Positions 39,149-48,300 of a stretch of DNA of 52,934 bases are shown piece after piece (the first letter of the stretch is position 1; each line of letters starts with the position of its first letter). The stretch covers positions 1-52,934 of the forward strand of contig JAFCDH010000001.1 of NCBI GenBank assembly GCA_017609795.1, given 5' to 3'. The DNA is from Candidatus Pacearchaeota archaeon. GTDB lineage: Archaea; Nanobdellota; Nanobdellia; Pacearchaeales; GW2011-AR1. A model generated the notes under the pieces. That model was not told where the DNA came from and did not search any database. It worked only from the letters and a program-made list of their open reading frames with translations. Made by a program: the position numbers and the translations under genes.

Positions 39149-39650
39149 AGAGGGCTGGGGTCAAATAATCTTTATAGATTCTTTAAAAGCCCAAGTAGCT
39201 GGAGCAAAAGAATTTAAAAAAGATGGGGTGGAATTAATAGAATTTTATTTAATGCCTTTTGATTCAACTGCAAAAAGATTTGGAATAGACTTAAAAAAAG
39301 ATTTAGATAATAGAGGGTATTGTTATAAAGTTTATCCAAAAGAGGTGATTATAAACTTAAATGAATATGACCCCGGAAGAAGATTTTATTTGTCTTTTTT
39401 AAATTGGGCAGGAAAAAAATCTGGAGCAAGTGATAAGATTTTAGGATTAGCACAAGCAGAAGATATTATTAGATTAAAAAGAAAAATAAGAGAATTAATG
39501 GCACACAATGAAGAATTAAAAAATGAAAATTTTATAATAAAGCATAATGAAAAAAAACATATTAAAGACACAATGGATGGTGTGATAAATCCATTAATGC
39601 CTTTTATTAAAGGACTTTTAGAATCAGAAGCAAAGAAGGAGGAATCATAA
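39102..39650 (+). CDS. Hypothetical protein with C-terminal coiled coil
   Basis: ORF in operon. Confidence 0.75.
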   Translation: MAKKYPGQEIQREPPEEGWGQIIFIDSLKAQVAGAKEFKKDGVELIEFYLMPFDSTAKRFGIDLKKDLDNRGYCYKVYPKEVIINLNEYDPGRRFYLSFLNWAGKKSGASDKILGLAQAEDIIRLKRKIRELMAHNEELKNENFIIKHNEKKHIKDTMDGVINPLMPFIKGLLESEAKKEES

Positions 39651-40267
39651 TGGAAGAGGAAGTAGAAACAACTGAAGAAGAAGCTTATGAAGAAGAGGAT
39701 TGGGAAGATGATGAAGAAAAAGAAGAGCCCCAACTTTATGTTCGTGGAGGAGATAAGGATGTTGTAGATATTTTCCATACTCAATCTGAAAATGCAAAAA
39801 AACAATTAAAAACAAAAATAAATGAATTTAATAAATGGATTAATGAAAGAGAAGGGTTAAAAGACTTACCAAATGTAAGGATGGCACTAGAGATACATAA
39901 TCAAATTATAAATGTTATGATGTGTTTAATTAGAGAAGCTAGGATTTTACAAAAGATTAAAAACCAATCAATCACTTATGTAAGGAATGAAAAAGAAAAA
40001 GCAAAAACAAAATATGAAAAAAAAATTAAAGCACTAGAGGAGAGAATAGAAAAACTCAAAGAAAAAGAAAAAACAATACTCAAACCTCACCAAATAGAAA
40101 TCTGTAAAAGAATCGTGGCTGGGGAGACACAAGTTGATTTAGCAAAGAAACTTAAATTGAATAGAGACACCTTAGTAAGATGGTATAGAATATACAAAAA
40201 GATGCCGAAAAACACGTCACAACAAGAAAAACCCAAAAATAATATTGAAGATTTGAAAAAAACATAA
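39650..40267 (+). CDS. Acidic N-terminus, coiled coil, C-terminal HTH
   Basis: GETQVDLAKKLKLNRDTLVRWY. Confidence 0.75.
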   Translation: MEEEVETTEEEAYEEEDWEDDEEKEEPQLYVRGGDKDVVDIFHTQSENAKKQLKTKINEFNKWINEREGLKDLPNVRMALEIHNQIINVMMCLIREARILQKIKNQSITYVRNEKEKAKTKYEKKIKALEERIEKLKEKEKTILKPHQIEICKRIVAGETQVDLAKKLKLNRDTLVRWYRIYKKMPKNTSQQEKPKNNIEDLKKT

Positions 40268-40309
40268 ACCCCCAGAAAAATTCACCTTAATTAAATAAAT
40301 GAAAACAAA

Positions 40310-40621
40310 ATGGAAGAAAAACAGGAATATGAAGGACACATTTTAACTATTGGAAAAAAAGATGTTGATAGGTATGTTTATACTATAATGAAGTTATTAC
40401 AGTCACATAACTACGAGAAACACCAAGAATTAATAGTACATACAATAGAATCAAATCTTTTTAAGACAGAACAAGTTTTAAGTTTGTTTAGAAATCTAAA
40501 AGTTTTAGAAGAGATTAATAGAGAAAAGAAAACCATAGAGAAACTAAAAGATGATGGAACCAGCTATACTTTAGAAACTATTGAAATAACTTTAAAACTT
40601 AACCCAAGACTTAGACATTAA
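40310..40621 (+). CDS. Divergent Alba-like protein
   Basis: ILTIGKKDVDRYV and TLETIEITLK echo Alba termini; similar length. Confidence 0.55.
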   Translation: MEEKQEYEGHILTIGKKDVDRYVYTIMKLLQSHNYEKHQELIVHTIESNLFKTEQVLSLFRNLKVLEEINREKKTIEKLKDDGTSYTLETIEITLKLNPRLRH

Positions 40622-40627
40622 ATTCTA

Positions 40628-41179
40628 ATGGCAGATATTGAAACAGAACAAGAGTTTGAAGAAGTAAAAAAACGTAGGACTGGGGGGTTTAATCAACTTA
40701 TTAAAAATACTAAGGGCTGGGTTTTTGTTGTAATTATATTTTTAATCATGTTATTTGTTTGGACTTTAAGAGACCCTGAAATGAAAAACCAAGCAATACT
40801 TATGGGGGGCGTTATTGTTGCTTTAGTTTTCTTCTTTACAAAAAAAGCAGAATCAGCAGGATTGATTTCTGAAGATGTTGCAAAAAAAATTGCTGTCAAA
40901 GGATTGGAAGATAAAAAAGAAGAATATCATATTTCTTCTGGCTCAGATATAGCCCCAACTAATTTTTGTAGATTAGGGAAAAATAGTTTTGGAGATTATG
41001 ATGAATGGCATATTGGAATTAAAGTTGAAAGTGAATTTGGAAAAATAGATTATTGGAGAATTGATATTGATTGTTATACTGGAGGGATTACAGGAATTGT
41101 TGAAACACCAACAGGATTTACTGGAGATGAAATTCCTAATGTAAAATATGTAACTCCAAAATATTATACAGAAGAATGA
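40628..41179 (+). CDS. Two-TM membrane protein with PepSY-like soluble domain
   Basis: ISEDVAKKIA...W.I.IDCYTGGI. Confidence 0.7.
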   Translation: MADIETEQEFEEVKKRRTGGFNQLIKNTKGWVFVVIIFLIMLFVWTLRDPEMKNQAILMGGVIVALVFFFTKKAESAGLISEDVAKKIAVKGLEDKKEEYHISSGSDIAPTNFCRLGKNSFGDYDEWHIGIKVESEFGKIDYWRIDIDCYTGGITGIVETPTGFTGDEIPNVKYVTPKYYTEE

Positions 41180-42102
41180 TTATTATATTTTCCACACCTA
41201 GAACCCAATGTTCCAATTAATTTAGAATCTTGATAAATCTCATTCAATTCACAATTATTTTCACAATCTTCACAATTTCTTATTTTAGTTTCAAAATCAT
41301 GATTAATCAAATTAAATCCTTTAAATCTTGTCTGTTTAATTCTAGCATTTTTAATCATTAAAGCAATTCCAATTGCCCCCATAACATCACAATAATCTGG
41401 AACAATAACTTCATAATCTAATTGTTCTTCAAAAGCTTTTACAATAGCTTTATTTTTAGCAGTTGCTCCTTGATAAATAAATGGTGGTTTTAAATCAATT
41501 CCTTTTGCCATAGTCAAATAATTATTAACTAATCCTCTGCATACCCCCATTAAAATATCTGATTTATTTTGACCTGAATTTAATTTACTAACAACTGTAG
41601 ATTGCATAAATACCCCACACTTTGTTGGAAAGTCTATTTTGTTGTAACTTTGTAATGCTAAATCTCCTACATCTTCAATTTTAATTCCCATACGGGTTGC
41701 TATGGCTTCTAAAGAACTTCCTGTTCCTGCTGAACAAATCATATTCATTCTGAAGTCTTCTAAAATCCCATTATTTAAAACCATTAATTTTGAATCTTCT
41801 CCACCAATATCAAAAATAGTTCTAACATTTGGATAATACTTTAAGGTGCCTATGGTATGTGCAAGGATTTCTGTTTTAATTAAATCTGCTCCAACAAGAA
41901 GCCCAGCAAAATTTCTTCCTGAACCAGTAACACCAACCCCCTTAATCCCCTCACAAACAACGTGCTCTAAACCCTTTTGTATTGTTTCTATAAGTCCTTG
42001 ATTTCTTAAATAAATTGAATTAATAACTTTATCTTTTTCATTAACTATAGCTAATTTTACTGATACGCTTCCACAATCAATTCCTAAATATTTATTTCCC
42101 AT
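41164..42102 (-). CDS. CoA-substrate-specific enzyme activase (BadF/BadG/BcrA/BcrD, HgdC-like ASKHA ATPase, Fe-S)
   Basis: LGIDCGSVSVK, VTGSGR, DIGGEDSK, MNMICSAGTG, KCGVF, QGATAKN, MGAIGIAL, C-terminal CEDCENNC..RC. Confidence 0.95.
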   Translation of the reverse strand: MGNKYLGIDCGSVSVKLAIVNEKDKVINSIYLRNQGLIETIQKGLEHVVCEGIKGVGVTGSGRNFAGLLVGADLIKTEILAHTIGTLKYYPNVRTIFDIGGEDSKLMVLNNGILEDFRMNMICSAGTGSSLEAIATRMGIKIEDVGDLALQSYNKIDFPTKCGVFMQSTVVSKLNSGQNKSDILMGVCRGLVNNYLTMAKGIDLKPPFIYQGATAKNKAIVKAFEEQLDYEVIVPDYCDVMGAIGIALMIKNARIKQTRFKGFNLINHDFETKIRNCEDCENNCELNEIYQDSKLIGTLGSRCGKYNNHSSV

Positions 42103-43003
42103 TTTTTACCTTAATCAATTCAATAAAAGTTTCAAGACGAGTTTCCAAATTAGCTTCTGAATTATTTTCATCTATTGGAATTCTTAAAAGAGGAGTCTTA
42201 TTTTCTTGACAAATATGATTAATAAATGGTTCAACAGTGGTTTCTGGCATACAACTTAAAGGCAAGATATGAATTATTCCATTAACCCCTCTATCAATTA
42301 ATTCTAAAAGATGAGAAACATTTTCTATTCCATGCCCCCCAAGTTTTCCATTAAAATATTTTTCAGCTTGTCTTTCATATTTTGTTTTTCTATTAATAAT
42401 AGGTAAAAAATTATGATTTAAAAAATCTGAAATTGTAACAGCATTATAAGGATTAGCAACATATTTTTTTATCTTTTCTTCAATATTTTGATTTATAGTT
42501 TCATCAATTGCTGAATAAATCTCTCCAACAATTCCAATGTTTGGTTTTTCTTTACTCCAAATTCTTTTATTATCATGAGCTTTAATATCCTTAATTAAAT
42601 TATAAAAGGTTTTAATAATTTGATAATAAGATTTTCCACTAAACTTTTTCATTAATTTCAAAGCGTTTTTTCTATTAATCCCATATAATTCAAAATCTTC
42701 ATAGCCAAGATTTTTTAAAGTAAATTCCTGAATCTTATGATAATGTTTGAGCCGACATTGCCCAAGAGAATCGTACATTAATAAAACATTTGCTCCATTA
42801 TCTAAAGCTTCCATAAAATTTCCAAGTGTAACTTTATAAGGAAAGCACATCATATCTGATGAATGTCTTACTCCAAGATTATAAGTTTTTTTAGTTGTTT
42901 TGGGTGGAAGCTGAATACTTAATCCTAATTTTTCTAAATTTCTCTTTATAAGTTTTGTATATTCTCTCCCGATGTATGGAAAACTAATTATTCTTTTTTC
43001 CAT
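42092..43003 (-). CDS. 2-hydroxyacyl-CoA dehydratase/DUF2229-related partner (PlsR-like)
   Basis: MCFPYKVTLG, GQCRL, IGIVGEIY, PLSCMPE, IDE..EANLETRLETF. Confidence 0.85.
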   Translation of the reverse strand: MEKRIISFPYIGREYTKLIKRNLEKLGLSIQLPPKTTKKTYNLGVRHSSDMMCFPYKVTLGNFMEALDNGANVLLMYDSLGQCRLKHYHKIQEFTLKNLGYEDFELYGINRKNALKLMKKFSGKSYYQIIKTFYNLIKDIKAHDNKRIWSKEKPNIGIVGEIYSAIDETINQNIEEKIKKYVANPYNAVTISDFLNHNFLPIINRKTKYERQAEKYFNGKLGGHGIENVSHLLELIDRGVNGIIHILPLSCMPETTVEPFINHICQENKTPLLRIPIDENNSEANLETRLETFIELIKVKNGK

Positions 43004-43514
43004 TTCTTTTTTTCTTTAATCTTTTAAATATAATTATGACTAAGGTAATTAAAATTATAAGACCAATTACTATACAAAGTGCAAGCCAATTAATATCTTT
43101 TTCAAGTTGTTCAATTAATTCATCTGGTAATGGAATAGGTTGAGTTGTTTGGTTAGGTGTTGTTTCATTAATTTCTACTTCTTTTTTCTTTCTCCAAGGA
43201 TAAGTATAATATCCTCCATCACCAGGTTCTTCTTCACTACCCCCACTACTATAATATTCTTCAACAACTTCTTTTCCCTTATAACCATAAAATACTATCT
43301 CAAAACTTCCAACTTTATAATCTAAAGGGATAATTATTGTTGCTATTAAATTGTTTACTGAAATATTTAAAGAACTTGTATTCCCCTCAATTGTGTAATT
43401 TGAATATGATTCAAATTCATTTAAATTTACTTCTATAGAATCTCCTGGATAATAAGCACTAACTAAATTTATTAAATTTAATATTAATATTATAGTTATT
43501 ATTTGTATTTTCAT
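42984..43514 (-). CDS. Secreted, C-terminally anchored protein
   Basis: Signal LVSA, SSGG linker, TM. Confidence 0.75.
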   Translation of the reverse strand: MKIQIITIILILNLINLVSAYYPGDSIEVNLNEFESYSNYTIEGNTSSLNISVNNLIATIIIPLDYKVGSFEIVFYGYKGKEVVEEYYSSGGSEEEPGDGGYYTYPWRKKKEVEINETTPNQTTQPIPLPDELIEQLEKDINWLALCIVIGLIILITLVIIIFKRLKKKRNGKKNN

Positions 43515-43566
43515 TTGTTTCTCCTCAATAAATAAAAAAATAAAAAAATAAAAAATTTAAATCTTT

Positions 43567-44379
43567 TTATGCAGTCTTTGTGTATGTTATCAAATCTGTT
43601 TCAAATAAGTAAGTTTCTGGTTCACTCCAACTTGAAAGTGTTGCTTTTGCTTCTTCCTCATTACCTGGAATTAACCATAACTTAGCACCATTACAAACTT
43701 TTGCATTTGGATTAAATCCATTATCACAATAATCATCTCCTACATCTATTTCTAATGGTAAACTATCAATCTCATTTGAACCTTCAGATAATACAATTAC
43801 ATTAGCAATATTAGTTGCAAAATCATCACCTTCAGTATTTGGATAATATATTAAAGTATACCCTTCTGGAATTCCTGTTGCAATAAAATTAGTTCCAGTT
43901 ACACTATATGTAATTTCAGCAGTTTCACCAATATGTTCCCAAGTACTTGTATCTTTTTGAGTAAAGTATGCTATTGCAATTATGTCCCCTTCTCCTCTAG
44001 ATAAAATCACATTTCCACTAACTTCTCCAATTACACTTTCTGAGTCATAACATAATTCAATAGTTATTGTATTTATACCATTAGATAAGGTTTCTGTTCT
44101 TGGCATATCTGTTATAGCATAAGTAACTCCATTTGGATTTGAAGTCTCAACCCAATTTAATTGGATTGGTAAGTCACTATTTGCATCATTAGTAACATCA
44201 AATGATTTCTCAACACAATCTCCAACCACTCCTGAAAAATCTAATTCAACTGTTTCAGTAGACAAAGCTTCACTTACTGTAAATGTAACATTAATAGTTG
44301 CAAAATATATTGCTACTGCACTAACTAAAACAACAGCTAACAAAGGTAAAATTAATCCATATAATAATTTCTTTTTCAT
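43567..44379 (-). CDS. Secreted beta-rich acidic protein
   Basis: Signal VVLVSA. Confidence 0.8.
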   Translation of the reverse strand: MKKKLLYGLILPLLAVVLVSAVAIYFATINVTFTVSEALSTETVELDFSGVVGDCVEKSFDVTNDANSDLPIQLNWVETSNPNGVTYAITDMPRTETLSNGINTITIELCYDSESVIGEVSGNVILSRGEGDIIAIAYFTQKDTSTWEHIGETAEITYSVTGTNFIATGIPEGYTLIYYPNTEGDDFATNIANVIVLSEGSNEIDSLPLEIDVGDDYCDNGFNPNAKVCNGAKLWLIPGNEEEAKATLSSWSEPETYLFETDLITYTKTA

Positions 44380-44885
44380 TTTTTTTCTAAGCCTCCTTTC
44401 AGTGTCTCGCCCTCAGGCACATTTACTTTTTGAGTGTCTTGTTTTTCTGTTGGGATTGCATCTATACCCTTTTCTAAAATAGGTTTTAAATCTTCTTCTT
44501 TTTTAATAACCTTTGCTCCAATTATTTTATGTTTAAATTCTGTTTCATCTAAAATCCCCTGTGCTGATTTCTGTTTTAAATTATTCTTCTTTGCATATTT
44601 CATTGCTCTAATATCAGAACGAGTTGGAATCCCTGTTTTCTTTTTATGCCAAAACCTATGTTCTCCTGACCTTTCTATTTCTTTAATGTCTAAATAAAAA
44701 AAGATTATAAAACTAAAGATGGTTGTTATTATTTTAATTTTCAAACTTATCTTAGTAAAAAAAACAATATAGAGTAATAAAAAAAGAATTAAATACCTAT
44801 AAAAAGAAATACTCTTTAGAAATTTCTTTGGATTTATAAATTCATAATATATATACTGCCATAATATTTTTTTATCCCATTTCAT
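44376..44885 (-). CDS. Two-TM protein with basic tail
   Basis: Hydrophobic segments. Confidence 0.7.
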   Translation of the reverse strand: MKWDKKILWQYIYYEFINPKKFLKSISFYRYLILFLLLYIVFFTKISLKIKIITTIFSFIIFFYLDIKEIERSGEHRFWHKKKTGIPTRSDIRAMKYAKKNNLKQKSAQGILDETEFKHKIIGAKVIKKEEDLKPILEKGIDAIPTEKQDTQKVNVPEGETLKGGLEKK

Positions 44886-44886
44886 T

Positions 44887-45072
44887 TTAATCTTTGCTCT
44901 TTTGTTTTTTTGTTCTTCTTTTAAATTTTCTAATTATTTCTAAATCTTTTAATGTAATTATTTTCCCACAATCTTTACATTTTATAGTTGGAGTAGATTT
45001 TTTTCCATGAGCATAATTCCTCTTTAATCTTCTATGATTACATCTTCTCCCAAATTTATTATTAAATTTCAT
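44887..45072 (-). CDS. Basic Zn-ribbon protein
   Basis: CNH...CKDCG. Confidence 0.65.
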   Translation of the reverse strand: MKFNNKFGRRCNHRRLKRNYAHGKKSTPTIKCKDCGKIITLKDLEIIRKFKRRTKKQKSKD

Positions 45073-45377
45073 TACTTTTTCTTTAGTATAATATCTAATG
45101 TCGAGACTTTTGTTTTTTTATCTGTTTCTTTTCCATCTTTGTCTTTCTTGTTAAACTCTTCACTTCCGGTCTTTATGCTTTCTGTTTCTACTTCATCTTT
45201 CATAAATCTCTGAGTTATGATTTGTTCTACATCAATTGCTGCGTTCATGTTTTTCCCTCTTGCTGAAATCTGAACTTTTTCCTGTCCTTCTTTGAACTGC
45301 ATCTGAACTGCATTAACATATGCCATCAATGGTTTGCTTCCTATAAAAACAATGTTGTCTTTTTTTTCTTCAGTCAT
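45072..45377 (-). CDS. albA: Alba DNA/RNA-binding protein
   Basis: NIVFIGSKPLMAYV, ISARGK...AIDV, KTGSEEF, VSTLDIIL. Confidence 0.92.
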   Translation of the reverse strand: MTEEKKDNIVFIGSKPLMAYVNAVQMQFKEGQEKVQISARGKNMNAAIDVEQIITQRFMKDEVETESIKTGSEEFNKKDKDGKETDKKTKVSTLDIILKKK

Positions 45378-45408
45378 TTTTTGGTTTTTTGTTTATTTAA
45401 TTTACTCA

Positions 45409-45879
45409 TTATTCACCTTTCTTTTTCTTAGGATATAAATTTATTATTAGTAAAATAATTAAAGCTATTGTCATAATCCAAGCCCATATCTTATAAGATT
45501 TTTGGTTTTTTAATAATTTTATCTCTTGAATTTTTTCTCTAATCTTTCCATTTAAAGTAGCAACAACATAATTACATTCTCCAAGTTTTGTTATATCTGA
45601 TAATTCTTCACTTAATTTACAATCTGCTAATACATCGCTCCCACCCATAAATTCCTTTATACCTTCTTTTTCTTCCTGTGTTAGATTTTGTGTAGTCCAT
45701 ATTTTAGTCCTACCAGTTATCCCTTGTTCTGAATCATTATAAAAACAAGTTATCTCAAAAGAAGCTGAAGCTAAGTTTATTGAAATTATAAAAATAAATA
45801 AAATAAGTAAATAAATTTTCATCTTATTCTGATTTTTCTTCTTTAGCTTCTTCTTTTTTCTCTTCTGAAGTTTCTTCAC
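45409..45879 (-). CDS. Secreted protein with C-terminal TM (start probably MKIYLL)
   Basis: Signal LASA; C-terminal TM. Confidence 0.7.
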   Translation of the reverse strand: MKKLQKRKKKKLKKKNQNKMKIYLLILFIFIISINLASASFEITCFYNDSEQGITGRTKIWTTQNLTQEEKEGIKEFMGGSDVLADCKLSEELSDITKLGECNYVVATLNGKIREKIQEIKLLKNQKSYKIWAWIMTIALIILLIINLYPKKKKGE

Positions 45880-46204
45880 TTGTTTCTTCAGCCTTTGAAT
45901 CTTCTTCAGATTTCTCGGCTTCTGTTTCTGTTGTTTCTTCTTCTTGTGTTGTTTCGTCTTCTGCCATTTTTACCTCCTTTAATTTAATTTTAGTTTTATC
46001 TAAAATATCCCAAATATCTTTTTTTGAAATATCTGATTTTCCTTGATTCATTAAATATTTTCTTATCTCATCTCTCAATAGGTCTTCTTGGAATTCTTCT
46101 AAATCCTTTAGAACCCCTTTTGCTTTAAGTGTCCTATGATTATTTAATAAATCCCAAATCTTATCAACTTGTTCTTTTGTTATAATAAATTTTTCTTCAG
46201 TCAT
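45824..46204 (-). CDS. Hypothetical protein with in-frame acidic tail having its own SD and ATG
   Basis: ggaggtaaaaATG precedes MAEDETTQEEE. Confidence 0.65.
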   Translation of the reverse strand: MTEEKFIITKEQVDKIWDLLNNHRTLKAKGVLKDLEEFQEDLLRDEIRKYLMNQGKSDISKKDIWDILDKTKIKLKEVKMAEDETTQEEETTETEAEKSEEDSKAEETSEETSEEKKEEAKEEKSE

Positions 46205-46206
46205 TT

Positions 46207-46335
46207 TTATTTCTCTTTCTTTTTGTCTAATTTTTCAATATGCCCACAAGTCTTACAAACCCTTTCATTAGTTTTAAATCTAATCCAGGTTTGAGTAGAA
46301 CCACATTTTTTACATCTTATTTTTTTATTTTCCAT
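46207..46335 (-). CDS. 42-aa Zn-ribbon protein (not in ORF track)
   Basis: CKKCGS...VCKTCGH. Confidence 0.65.
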   Translation of the reverse strand: MENKKIRCKKCGSTQTWIRFKTNERVCKTCGHIEKLDKKKEK

Positions 46336-46389
46336 TTTAATTCATATCCTAATTTTATTTTTTCCATTTCTTATTAAGTATTTTTTAGT

Positions 46390-46752
46390 TTATAAATGTT
46401 TTGTTTTTGTTTTTTTATATTCTTCTCTTAACTCACTAATATTCTCGTTCATCTTTTCTATATTGAAATCAAAAGTTCTTATTTGCCTCTGGAGTTTTCT
46501 TTTCTTAATCAATTCATTATAAATTTCCATTACTAAAGGATTAGATTTCTTTTCTACTATCTTATGGATTTTTTTTGTAAGAACCATTAAATTATCTAAG
46601 TCCTCGTTTCCCCCCTTCCGTTTTGGAACAATATGATGAACACTAAGATTCTTTTTGCTCAATGTAATTTCACAAAACCTTTCATCCTCAGGAAATAAGG
46701 AAATTAATTCTATTACAATTTTATCTCTCCCTCTTCTTTTTATAACTTTCAT
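46390..46752 (-). CDS. HNH endonuclease with coiled coil
   Basis: SVHHIVPKRKGG..NLMVLTKKIH. Confidence 0.85.
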   Translation of the reverse strand: MKVIKRRGRDKIVIELISLFPEDERFCEITLSKKNLSVHHIVPKRKGGNEDLDNLMVLTKKIHKIVEKKSNPLVMEIYNELIKKRKLQRQIRTFDFNIEKMNENISELREEYKKTKTKHL

Positions 46753-46753
46753 C

Positions 46754-47749
46754 TTAAAACATTTTATTTAATTCTTTATAAATCTCTTCTGAAGTAAATT
46801 TAACTATCCTTTTTCTTCCACCACCCCTTCCAAGATTTTTATGATAAGTTTCTATTACAGAATATTTTTCAAAAGTATTTAATAATTGAGAAATCCTAGC
46901 CTTAGAATAAAATTTCATTTTCTTTTCCAGATTCTCTGCAGTGGTTTCATTTTTCCAATCACAAGACCCTATAATATATCTTAAAAATTCTCTTTCTGTT
47001 TCATTAATATCATTAACAAAATCAAACCAATCTTGTTTTAACATTTGTTTATAAACATTGTCTATAAAGCTATGGGTAAAATTTCTTTTTTGAATACATT
47101 TAAGGGCTATATGGATTAATACTCTTGCAGAACCTTGCTGTCCTGCTATTGCAGAAATATAATTTAAAACCCCATCCTCAATCTTAGGTATCTTTGTTTT
47201 TATTTGTTTAATCCTTGAAATTAAAATATCTTTTAATTCTATAGAATTATAAGCAGGAAGACTTACTTTTTCAAAAAACAAAGTCTTTCTAGCATCTACA
47301 GGCATCTCAGAAATTATATTTCTTTTCATTGTTATAATAATTATTGGAATCATTGTGTTTCTATAAATTGTATTTAAATTATTAAACAATTGATTGACCC
47401 TGCTTATTTTATCTATCTCATCTATAATTAAAATGATTGGTTCTTCCTTAATCTTTTCTATTGTTCTTTTTAATAATTCCTCATTAGTTTTTATATTAAA
47501 ATTAAAGATTTTTTTTAAGGTCTTGTAAGGTGTTTGTGTTTCTAAACCAGAAACATAAATTGCATTATCTTGTTCTTCCAAAATCTTTTTTATAATGGTT
47601 GTTTTTCCACTCCCTGTAACACCTAATATTGCTAAATTAGTCCCACATTTATATTCTTTAAAATTAATAAAAACCTCCCTTATAACCTTCATTTGTTTGT
47701 CTCTATGTAAAATTTCTTTGGGTATATAAAAGTCTGATAATTCTAACAT
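46754..47749 (-). CDS. cdc6: Cdc6/Orc1-family replication initiator
   Basis: ILHRD, GVTGSGKT, IIIDEID, PAYNSIELKDILISR, GSAR, C-terminal wHTH NLGRGGGR. Confidence 0.92.
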   Translation of the reverse strand: MLELSDFYIPKEILHRDKQMKVIREVFINFKEYKCGTNLAILGVTGSGKTTIIKKILEEQDNAIYVSGLETQTPYKTLKKIFNFNIKTNEELLKRTIEKIKEEPIILIIDEIDKISRVNQLFNNLNTIYRNTMIPIIIITMKRNIISEMPVDARKTLFFEKVSLPAYNSIELKDILISRIKQIKTKIPKIEDGVLNYISAIAGQQGSARVLIHIALKCIQKRNFTHSFIDNVYKQMLKQDWFDFVNDINETEREFLRYIIGSCDWKNETTAENLEKKMKFYSKARISQLLNTFEKYSVIETYHKNLGRGGGRKRIVKFTSEEIYKELNKMF

Positions 47750-47764
47750 TAAACATTTAAAACA

Positions 47765-47790
47765 CCAGAGTTTATAAATGTTTTGTTTAA
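47765..47790 (-). promoter_or_regulatory. TATA box for cdc6 (near-leaderless)
   Basis: atttataaa about 22 nt upstream of ATG. Confidence 0.6.
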
Positions 47791-47794
47791 TTAT

Positions 47795-48065
47795 TTAAGT
47801 GTTTTACTATTCTTAAGTGTTTACATAAAATAATCATACGCGCGTGATTTAAGTGTTTGTGTTTCTAAGAAGAGTCAATCAACTCCCCTTAACACTTAAA
47901 TCACTCCCCTTAACACTTAAATCACGACATTTAAGTGTTCTTTATTATTATATTTGTTTATAAATTTTTATATTATATATTATATATATTGGAATTCCAA
48001 AATCAAAAAGTGTCGAATATAATAGTTAGTTATGGTGAATTAACAAGAACACTTAAATCACGCGC
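47795..48065. other. Putative replication origin with iterons and AT-rich unwinding element
   Basis: 7x ttaagtgtt/aacacttaa; 21-bp tandem 47882-47923; 18-bp perfect IR 47840-47857/48048-48065; AT tract 47941-47990; adjacent to cdc6. Confidence 0.85.
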
Positions 48066-48078
48066 ACGTAATTTTTCT

Positions 48079-48300
48079 TTAAATTTCAGCTTTCATACAA
48101 ATAATTCCAAATTCTTTCTTAAAATCATTTTCAATTTCTTCATCTGATTTTTTCTTATCCATTAATTTTAGAACAAATTTTCTTAAATATCTTATCATAT
48201 TATCTAATTTTTCATTTGCTTCATAATTAGTCAATCCTGATTGTTTATACTTCCAAAACAACATTTGCTTTTCTTCACCCTTTAAACTAAAACATGGCAT
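48079..48300 (-). CDS. Hypothetical protein
   Basis: ORF. Confidence 0.6.
   Translation of the reverse strand: MPCFSLKGEEKQMLFWKYKQSGLTNYEANEKLDNMIRYLRKFVLKLMDKKKSDEEIENDFKKEFGIICMKAEI

Larger units (their letters stand above)
1..48300. mobile_element. Putative archaeal (DPANN-type host) tail-less virus/provirus or virus-like element; ends not defined
   Basis: Modular layout: micro-ORF accessory arm, 24-kb membrane/secreted-protein operon, FtsK/HerA ATPase, own cdc6 plus origin, free-standing endonucleases, no housekeeping operons. Confidence 0.8.
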
